This document shows, one piece after another, positions 26,404-33,665 of a stretch of DNA of 51,563 bases. This DNA comes from Bdellovibrionota bacterium (lineage in GTDB: Bacteria > JAGRBM01): contig JBFLVN010000001.1 of NCBI GenBank assembly GCA_040758475.1, forward strand, positions 1-51,563, given 5' to 3'. The notes beneath the pieces were generated by a model. It was not told the DNA's origin, searched no databases, and saw only the letters and a list, made by a program, of their open reading frames with translations. The position numbers and the translations under genes are program-made. The number at the start of each line of letters is the position of its first letter. Within the stretch, counting starts at the first letter, position 1.

Positions 26404-28479
26404 TCATTTTCTCAGATCGTCTAAAAACTCTGACGCTGGTTCGACTCCGGTGATGAGTAAGTGATCCCGTGCGCGGGTGCAGGCGACGTAGAGAAGGTGG
26501 CGCTCGGTGTTGTAAACTTCTTCGAGGTCGGAATCGTCCGCGACGGTCTCGATCCGCTCCTGCAAAGGGATGATTTCATCGTCACAGGCCATAACGGCGA
26601 CGGCCCGAAACTCCAGCCCCTTCGCCAAGTGCATGGTACCGAGGGACAGGTAGCCGCTCACCGTCTCGACGTTTTCGTCCAGCAATTTGCAGGGTACTCC
26701 CGCCGCTTCCGCTGCCTTTCGGGCTCGCTCCATTTGGGTTGTCGAGCGTACGAAAACCCCTATTTCGTGGGGCTTGATGCCCTCGTTTCCCAGCTCAGAG
26801 AGCCACGCTCCGACTTTCTTGATCTCGTCTTCCTGTGTCTTGAGAACTGCGATTGTCGGCTCCGGCCCATTGAAGACTGAGACCGTGCCGCGCCGATCTT
26901 CTGTATTCCCGTCCACGTCCGAGATTTCGGGCCCCAGGAGCCGGTCGGCCTGCATTCTGATCTGATGGGATGTCCGGTAGTTGATCCGCAGGGTGCGCGA
27001 GCGCCCGCGGACCTCCACGCCCAGGGATTTCCAGGAAAAGGGCTGCTGGAAAATCCGTTGGCCCAGGTCGCCGGCAAAGAAGAGGCCGTTCGGCCGCTTC
27101 GCTCCGAGGGCCGCGAGGAAACGCAATTGGGGGATGTCTATGTCCTGGGCCTCGTCCACGACGGCAAAATCAAACGGCGGGCTCTTGCTGTTTTCAAGAT
27201 GGGAGGCCAAGCGGCAGAACATCTCGGCTTCCGTGACGAGCCCGCGATCTCGCAGTTGGGAGCGCACCTGATCGACAATAGACCACAGCGCGAGCCGTTG
27301 CTTCTCGGGAAGACGGGTCTTGCGTCCCAGGCGCACTACGTCCCGGTACGCCTCCCAGGTTTTCAACTGCCACGCATCAACTACTTGCTCCCATTCCGTA
27401 AGCAGGAAGTACGGACTGAATTTCTTGCCTTCTTCCATTGTCCCGGCGGCCGCCATGAGCAGTTCGCGGAGCGTTTCTCGAGAAGGGACTTGTAACTTTC
27501 CCACGTTCATTTCGTAGAGCCGCCTACCGATGGAGTTCATCGAATGAACTTCAAGGCGCTCCCCAAGACGAGGCTCGTTGCTGATGAGCCGCCGCAGCTT
27601 GGTACGCAGGGCATTAGCAAGCGTGTCGGAGAATGTCGCCAGGAGCACCCGGGCATCCGGGTTCCTGCGGGCCAGAAATACCGCCCGGTGTAGGGCGACG
27701 ATGGTTTTTCCCGTCCCCGCCGAGCCCGAAACCCGCGCCGGACCGCCAAAATCCCGCTCCACGATCTCCCGCTGGGCCGGATGCAAAAAGATCGTCCACT
27801 TCTCCCAGGGGTATTCGAGAGCGCGTTCGAGTTCCTCCACATTGGCCATCAACCGGAAGCGACGTTGGGCGTCGGGATGGACAAAGGGATCGGTACCGGC
27901 CGGGGCTGGTCGTGCGATCTGAGGCGTTACGCCCGTCGCCAAGTCCAGCAGGGCCTCGGCGGCCTCTCCTGGCAGGTGATCAGCCAGCTCCAGTATTGAA
28001 TCCTCGTCGGCCCGGCGCACGTCGGCCAGCCACTCGGCAGGCACCCCATAGCGGAGGAGGTCGTCATCGGAGAGGTGGGAGAAAAGAGAGGGTTTGGTAG
28101 GCGCGGGGCGCTCGACCTCGACGTGCTTGGGAATCGTGATTTCCTCGATCCGCTCGCGGATTTCAACAAACTGCGCGGCACCGGTCTTGGGGTGCGTCTC
28201 CAGTTTGCGGCGTTCCGCCCAGCGGTAGGCAGAATCATGGTGATCGACGTAGCACAGGAGCAGGCTCGCCGCCGTTTTATGAACAATCAGGCGGATGTCC
28301 CGGGTTACCCGCACCGACCAGAAGTTCTTGTCCTTTGCTTTGTCGAGCTTGTGGAACTGCATTCCCGGATTGGCGGGATTCATTTGCAGGTCAAAAGCCG
28401 TGGTTTTCACGGCCTTCTGCTCTTCACCGGTCAACCGGGCCAAGCTGTCGGTGAAGGTATCGGCGATACGGAATTGCAT
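26404..28479 (-). CDS. SF1 UvrD/Rep-type helicase with N-terminal RelE/ParE-fold-like domain (defence-cluster gene C)
   Basis: Helicase motifs GSAGTGKT (I), VVDEAQDI (II), FFAGDLGQRIF (III), INYRTS (IV), TMHLAKGLEFRAV (V), LLYVACTRARDHLLI (VI). The N-terminal ~95 aa (QKAVKTTAFDLQMNPANPGMQFHKLDKAKDKNFWSVRVTRDIRLIVHKTAASLLLCYVDHHDSAY) follow the RelE/ParE pattern. Confidence 0.85.
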   Translation of the reverse strand: MQFRIADTFTDSLARLTGEEQKAVKTTAFDLQMNPANPGMQFHKLDKAKDKNFWSVRVTRDIRLIVHKTAASLLLCYVDHHDSAYRWAERRKLETHPKTGAAQFVEIRERIEEITIPKHVEVERPAPTKPSLFSHLSDDDLLRYGVPAEWLADVRRADEDSILELADHLPGEAAEALLDLATGVTPQIARPAPAGTDPFVHPDAQRRFRLMANVEELERALEYPWEKWTIFLHPAQREIVERDFGGPARVSGSAGTGKTIVALHRAVFLARRNPDARVLLATFSDTLANALRTKLRRLISNEPRLGERLEVHSMNSIGRRLYEMNVGKLQVPSRETLRELLMAAAGTMEEGKKFSPYFLLTEWEQVVDAWQLKTWEAYRDVVRLGRKTRLPEKQRLALWSIVDQVRSQLRDRGLVTEAEMFCRLASHLENSKSPPFDFAVVDEAQDIDIPQLRFLAALGAKRPNGLFFAGDLGQRIFQQPFSWKSLGVEVRGRSRTLRINYRTSHQIRMQADRLLGPEISDVDGNTEDRRGTVSVFNGPEPTIAVLKTQEDEIKKVGAWLSELGNEGIKPHEIGVFVRSTTQMERARKAAEAAGVPCKLLDENVETVSGYLSLGTMHLAKGLEFRAVAVMACDDEIIPLQERIETVADDSDLEEVYNTERHLLYVACTRARDHLLITGVEPASEFLDDLRK

Positions 28480-28531
28480 CACTTCGTTGCACTCATGTTT
28501 CAGTAGTTAAAAGGGTAGGGCTACCCATGCA

Positions 28532-29443
28532 TCACCGCTCCACAATTTCACCAGTGTTGGCATCCACCATAAAGCGTTTGAGATCTTGATCAAAAACAAT
28601 CAAGTCGTTCTCATCAAATCCTTCAGTGATGAGCTCTGCAACCTTATCTGATGTGACTTTCATGAACTTTGTGTCTCGCATAATGTCAAACTGGATAAGT
28701 AGACCTGCAATGGGGACTCCGCCGCGATTCTCCACTTCTATCGTGGCATCCACCAACGGGACCTTCATATCCACGTGCCTGGGAGAATCCCAGCTTACCT
28801 CCTTCATTTTTCTTTCGATGAAATCATTGACCTGAACTCGCTCGCCTGGAAGGTTTAAGCAGACAGGCTGGCCGCGCCATAGGCCAGCCGATCCGCCTTT
28901 AATCGACTGTATATCGTCAGTGATTTTCTTACGGTCTTCCTCGTTGGTGACCGCAAACGTGACTTGGGGGGTGCTCGTTCCAATTATGTGGAACGTCAGA
29001 TGGATCGATTTGATTCGTCCTTCCCAATCAGATTCCTTAAACTCTCGCAATACGGCCAACTTTATTCCTTTATGCTTCGCGAACTTCTGGGCATCCCTAG
29101 TAAAGCCATTGCAGGTGAGAATTATTGATTCATCAGGATGAATATCATCCACAACGGCCGAAAAGTTCCGGATAATGTCCAAGCCTACTTTATCGCCTGA
29201 GACATCGAAGTCTTTGCACTCGATCAAGATTCGTCTTAGATTTCCCTCCTTACTTCGGACCGTCACATCTATTTGATGCTTAACGCCTGAGTCGCCCGAT
29301 AGCTCCAGGTCATGTATTACAACCTCATCCTGTTCTAACTTTTTAAGCAGAAATGCAGTCAGAATTTCGTAGCGGGTGCCCTGTTTCGTCGAGAGAATGG
29401 TGTGGTACTTATCGTGTATTTCATCATAACGTGACTTTGCCAT
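28532..29443 (-). CDS. Mrr-type PD-(D/E)xK restriction-endonuclease-domain protein with unassigned C-terminal domain (defence-cluster gene B)
   Basis: Core GTRYEILTAFLL...SGDSGVKHQIDVTV...RRILIECKDF...VGLDIIRNF...ILTCNGFTRDAQKFA. ATG at 29443 has AAGGTGG 8 nt upstream (the track start at 29455 is a GTG). Confidence 0.75.
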   Translation of the reverse strand: MAKSRYDEIHDKYHTILSTKQGTRYEILTAFLLKKLEQDEVVIHDLELSGDSGVKHQIDVTVRSKEGNLRRILIECKDFDVSGDKVGLDIIRNFSAVVDDIHPDESIILTCNGFTRDAQKFAKHKGIKLAVLREFKESDWEGRIKSIHLTFHIIGTSTPQVTFAVTNEEDRKKITDDIQSIKGGSAGLWRGQPVCLNLPGERVQVNDFIERKMKEVSWDSPRHVDMKVPLVDATIEVENRGGVPIAGLLIQFDIMRDTKFMKVTSDKVAELITEGFDENDLIVFDQDLKRFMVDANTGEIVER

Positions 29444-29492
29444 GCCGACTTCCACCTTTCCCCAGGGCCTTCGATTGTCCTGGTTTGGGATG

Positions 29493-30818
29493 TCATTTCC
29501 GTGCGACCTGAACGATTTTAGCTACAGCCTCCAATATGTCTTTTGGGAGGTTCGATAGAATATCAGGTTCGGACTCCGCGCTGGCGCGCCGATCGAACTG
29601 AGAATCTTTAAATATCTTCTCGATGGTTTCCGTGAGAAACTTCGCGTATTCAACGGCTTGGTCCTTTGCTGCCAAGTCCCTCACTAATGTCGAGTAACCC
29701 TCAAGCGACAGTGACAGAGCCGATTTAAACGCATATACCTCTTCGGCGGAACGATCTCGCCTATATTGCGAAGCAAAAAAGTAAATCAGAAAGATTATGG
29801 GCCCGATAGAGAGCAATCTGATCCAGAAAAGCGAGCCCGCATCTTTTTGGCCGAACTCAAGCACCAGCACAAACGTTCCAACTGCTGCTGCTGCTGCTGC
29901 GAAAGCCAAAAACCACAACCATCGCTTGCGGGCTGTATATAATTCTTCTTTTCGTTGGTGAAATGCACGGAACAATCCCGTACTCGTCGCAATCTTGAGT
30001 TGCGCCTTATATTTCTCCTGTAATTCGCCAAGTTGGCGAAGCAAGTCGGTCGTCTCGGCCTTGTGCTTCTCCATTGCTTTTTCGGCAGTGTAAATGGATG
30101 ATTCTAATTTTTTCTTGTTCTCGTCAATTTCGCCATGAAACTTGACGATCTTTTCCCGAAGCGCCCCCACTTCATCGCTCGATTTCTTTATCTCTGCTTG
30201 TTGGGCTGTAATTTGGTCTTTACTGGTTGTAACTGCCACAACGGCTTGCTGAGCTTGGGCTTGTAAAGTCTGCGCCTCCTTTGAGGCATTGGCGGCAGCA
30301 ATCTTTGACTCGTTCACTTGCGCGAGTGAGGTTTGTGCCTGAGTCCGGATATCCTCTGCTTCTCGTGCTTTCTTGAGAGCGTTTTCAAGTTCGCTTTGTA
30401 GTTGACCAACGTACCGGAGTTTCTGCTCGAATTGGGATATGCTTTCATTCCGGTGAAAGAGGCCTGAACTCCAAAGTGTTTGGTGCAGAACATTTATACC
30501 GTTGGAGAGATTTGTAAAATTATCCAATGATGGACCAACGATCCATTGATCAAGATGAGGATATATCTGCTTTTGTAATGTGTTCCTGAGGCTAACCAGA
30601 ATGTTGAACGGCGCGGTAGTGCCTTCGACAAAAACAGCATCAAGTAATGCATCAATACATGACGCGAGGATTGTAAGTTGCCCAACAGCATCGGAGCGAT
30701 GCTCTTCGGGTGTTTTATTTGGCCAGCCCTGGTAAGTCTTTATATCCTGTGCTCGATCCGCTAAATCACGGGGATAGCTCTCCAATTTCTGCCGTGTTTG
30801 TATGTCTGCCGTACCCAT
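29493..30818 (-). CDS. Coiled-coil protein with two C-proximal TM helices (defence-cluster gene A)
   Basis: AAGGGAG RBS. Long Q/A/K/E heptad-like region (aa ~140-290). TM helices WLWFLAFAAAAAAVGTFVLVLEF and LFWIRLLSIGPIIFLIYFFA. No NTPase motif and no family recognised. Confidence 0.6.
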   Translation of the reverse strand: MGTADIQTRQKLESYPRDLADRAQDIKTYQGWPNKTPEEHRSDAVGQLTILASCIDALLDAVFVEGTTAPFNILVSLRNTLQKQIYPHLDQWIVGPSLDNFTNLSNGINVLHQTLWSSGLFHRNESISQFEQKLRYVGQLQSELENALKKAREAEDIRTQAQTSLAQVNESKIAAANASKEAQTLQAQAQQAVVAVTTSKDQITAQQAEIKKSSDEVGALREKIVKFHGEIDENKKKLESSIYTAEKAMEKHKAETTDLLRQLGELQEKYKAQLKIATSTGLFRAFHQRKEELYTARKRWLWFLAFAAAAAAVGTFVLVLEFGQKDAGSLFWIRLLSIGPIIFLIYFFASQYRRDRSAEEVYAFKSALSLSLEGYSTLVRDLAAKDQAVEYAKFLTETIEKIFKDSQFDRRASAESEPDILSNLPKDILEAVAKIVQVARK

Positions 30819-30865
30819 AGTGGTTTTCTCCCTTCGCGCTCGTTATGTAATCTATACGCCCCCCC

Positions 30866-33655
30866 TCACCCCACTCTAAACACCTTCATCACTTCATCCC
30901 CCAGGTGATTGATGACTTTCACGGCGATGCGGCCGGATTTGGGCTTATCGAAGGGCCTGGAGGTGTCGCTGTGGAGCGTGGCCCAGGCGTCCTCATTGAT
31001 CTCAGCCTTGAGGGTGGTTTTGAGCGCCTTGTAGGGGTCGTTCGCCCCTAGGAAATAGGCGTGGCGGACGAAGAAGCTTTCCTCATTGTAGTCGGTATCA
31101 ATGAACCAGCAGGCGATCCCCTCGGGACCGTCGCTTCGGACTTCGCCCGTATTGGGGTGGAACACGTCCACGCCATTCACCTTGACCTGGATCTGGCCGT
31201 CCTTGGCATTGAGAACCTCGATGTCGGGCTCGCCGAAGATGACGAAGAGATTCCCCTTGCCCGTGTTCTTCAAATCCCCGGCCATGTGCAGGTCTGCGTT
31301 CATGCGGGCTTTGAGCACGGGGATACGGCCTAGCTTGTCAAAATCGGTGGAACGGGCGTCGTAGTTGAAGGCGCAGGCGATGAGCACGTCGAAGCCCGCG
31401 TCCCCAGCCTCCCGGGCGGCTTCCACAAGATCGGGGCGCGAGACAGTGCCGAATTCAGGACCGATGAAGACAGCCGCTCGCTTCTCCTTGCCGCCTTCTA
31501 AATATCGCCCCTCTGCGCACACCAGCGTCCCCGGCCAGGGGGTGAGGAACGTGAAATCAATCTTGTCTTCCTTGTGGGCCTGTTGGACCCCGGCGGTCTT
31601 CAAATTCTCCAGGATCATCTGAACGAAGGTCAGTCCTTCGCCGTAGCCGCCTGCTTGGTCGTCAACGCGGATCAACTCGTCGTCCTCGTCCACTCCGAGA
31701 ACCCGGTGGGGCGTCAAGCTCTCTACCGTGAACGGCCCCGCCACGCGGACCTTTTTCTTGTCCTCGTAGGGCCGGTTATAGAGGTGCTCGAACTCCGCCT
31801 TGGCCGCAATGGAGGCGTCGATCTCCCTCTGCCGGGCGATGCGTTGCTCCCACCATTGAGCGTGGAGCTTCTTGGCCTCTGCGGGCCATTTCTCATCCGC
31901 CTCATGGGGGATCTCCCATTCCTCCCATTTATGCTTGAGGGCCTTGTTCAATTTGTCCCGCAGCGGTTCAAGGGTCTTCTGGAACTTCTCCCAAATCACG
32001 TCGATCTCGGCGTTGTTGGCAATGGATTTGAGCGTGATGTGCGGCACCCGCTCGTAGACGAACCCCTGGCGGATGTCCCCGCGGGTCGGCTGGCTCGAAG
32101 GCCCGGTTCGGGTGACTTCCGCTTCCTTGATCTGACCGTCCTTTGAATCGGCCAGCAGGTAATATGGATATCGAGCCCCCATGATCCGAGCACGGGCCAG
32201 CGCGAGCGCCACGCGGGAGGTGTCAATTGTGATCCAGCGGCGGCCCCATTGCTCGGCGACATAAGCGCTCGTTCCAGAACCGCATGTTGGATCGAGAATG
32301 AGATCGCCGGGATCAGTGGCCATAAGGATGCAACGTTCGACTACTGATGGCGCTGTTTGAACGACATAGATAAGGCCGGTACCAATTTGAAGTGATTCCC
32401 ATCGATCACTTATCGGTAATACCGCAAAATCGTCTTTGTATCGCTTATAGCGGATTGTCGAATTGCCGGCCGCGACTCGTCCGCTTTTGGCCAATGTTGA
32501 AAGGCCCGTGATCGTCGTTTTCCAGTGGCTCGATGCACCTGGCTGATAGGTTTTTTCTTGAAAACGAAAGCTCTGCTCAGTATTTGCTTGACCGGAGCTG
32601 ATCAAGCTGGTATGCCGAAAAATTCGGCCTTCGGGAAGTAGTTCAGGGCGAGCAAGTTCGTCTTTACTCAATCGCCTTTCGATACCATTTCCCAACTCGA
32701 CTTGATCGTAGCGATCCGAGGAGACGTGTCCTGCGACACGCTCGTCGTATAGTTGTCGGTACTTTACGTGTTCACGGGATTTTGCAAACCACACAATAAA
32801 ATCAACGGTATTAGCAAGCAATTTTGACGCTTGGCTACCAGTCTTTTGGACTTGAATGATTGAGATAAAATTATCTTCACCATAAACTTCATCCATTACT
32901 GATCGCACACGATGCAGATTCTCATCTCCTATTTGCACAAAGATGGAGCCGGAATCGGCCAATAAATCCCGAGCGACAGTGAGCCGATCTCTCAGATAGG
33001 TTAGATAGGAATGGATGCCATCCCGCCAAGTATCCCGAAACGCCTTCACCTGTTCTGGCTCACGGGTGATGTGCTCGGCGCTCCCATCCTTTACATCCCG
33101 GCTGGTCGTGGACCATTGGAAGTTTGAGTTGAACTTGATGCCGTAGGGCGGGTCGAAGTAGATGCACTGAACCTGACCCCGGAGCCCTTCGCGTTCGGCG
33201 AGCGAAGCCATCACCTGGAGGCTATCTCCCAGGATCATGCGGTTCTGCCATTTGCCGTCGTGTTGGTAGAAATCGGTCTTGTCGGCGCCTTCGGGGAGGC
33301 CATTAAAGTCAGCAAAGAGATCAAACTGGTTCTGAGTGGCCTTTTGGTCGGCCTCGCTGCGACGCAGGAGGTCGTCAATTAGGACCTTGGGGTGGACTTT
33401 TTCCTGGATGTAAAGCGGCGGGGCGTGGACCACGAGGTCCGACCAGTCCTGCTCATCCTTGCCGCGCCAGACGAGTTGTGGGTCTAAATCGCGGTTACGG
33501 CGCTCGTAGGCCACCCGGATCGGCGTCTGTTCTTCTTTCTGCATCACCGACTGGAACTCAGCGGAAGGAATGTTTTTTCGCGTGGCCTCGGTGTGCTTGA
33601 AGGTCTCGACTGTTTTCTTCGAGGCGAGCTTCTTGCCTGTCTTCTTGGCGGCCAT
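30866..33655 (-). CDS. mod: Type III R-M DNA methyltransferase (Mod, beta-class N6A/N4C MTase) with long C-terminal extension
   Basis: Motif IV IYFDPPYGIKFNSNF lies upstream of motif I ILDPTCGSGTSAYVAEQWGRRWITID (beta-class order). 929 aa. Starts 10 nt after the res stop. Confidence 0.9.
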   Translation of the reverse strand: MAAKKTGKKLASKKTVETFKHTEATRKNIPSAEFQSVMQKEEQTPIRVAYERRNRDLDPQLVWRGKDEQDWSDLVVHAPPLYIQEKVHPKVLIDDLLRRSEADQKATQNQFDLFADFNGLPEGADKTDFYQHDGKWQNRMILGDSLQVMASLAEREGLRGQVQCIYFDPPYGIKFNSNFQWSTTSRDVKDGSAEHITREPEQVKAFRDTWRDGIHSYLTYLRDRLTVARDLLADSGSIFVQIGDENLHRVRSVMDEVYGEDNFISIIQVQKTGSQASKLLANTVDFIVWFAKSREHVKYRQLYDERVAGHVSSDRYDQVELGNGIERRLSKDELARPELLPEGRIFRHTSLISSGQANTEQSFRFQEKTYQPGASSHWKTTITGLSTLAKSGRVAAGNSTIRYKRYKDDFAVLPISDRWESLQIGTGLIYVVQTAPSVVERCILMATDPGDLILDPTCGSGTSAYVAEQWGRRWITIDTSRVALALARARIMGARYPYYLLADSKDGQIKEAEVTRTGPSSQPTRGDIRQGFVYERVPHITLKSIANNAEIDVIWEKFQKTLEPLRDKLNKALKHKWEEWEIPHEADEKWPAEAKKLHAQWWEQRIARQREIDASIAAKAEFEHLYNRPYEDKKKVRVAGPFTVESLTPHRVLGVDEDDELIRVDDQAGGYGEGLTFVQMILENLKTAGVQQAHKEDKIDFTFLTPWPGTLVCAEGRYLEGGKEKRAAVFIGPEFGTVSRPDLVEAAREAGDAGFDVLIACAFNYDARSTDFDKLGRIPVLKARMNADLHMAGDLKNTGKGNLFVIFGEPDIEVLNAKDGQIQVKVNGVDVFHPNTGEVRSDGPEGIACWFIDTDYNEESFFVRHAYFLGANDPYKALKTTLKAEINEDAWATLHSDTSRPFDKPKSGRIAVKVINHLGDEVMKVFRVG

Positions 33656-33665
33656 AATCTTGATC

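Noticed and set aside
25553-30818. Assigning the four-gene cluster to Gabija, Hachiman, Lamassu, Zorya, Kiwa, DISARM, Nhi or Mokosh
   Set aside because: The hallmark partners are missing: no OLD-type ATPase-TOPRIM, no DUF1837 plus SF2 helicase, no SMC/Rad50-like ATPase, no MotAB-like pair, no PLD or DUF1998. The helicase and nuclease are separate proteins with extra domains. This is only a by-eye judgement and needs HMM confirmation.
30859-30865. Homopolymeric C7 (G7 on the coding strand) next to the mod stop codon as a possible phase-variation tract
   Set aside because: It lies just outside the mod coding sequence, in the mod-gene A spacer, so slippage would not shift any reading frame. No simple-sequence repeats were seen inside mod or res.
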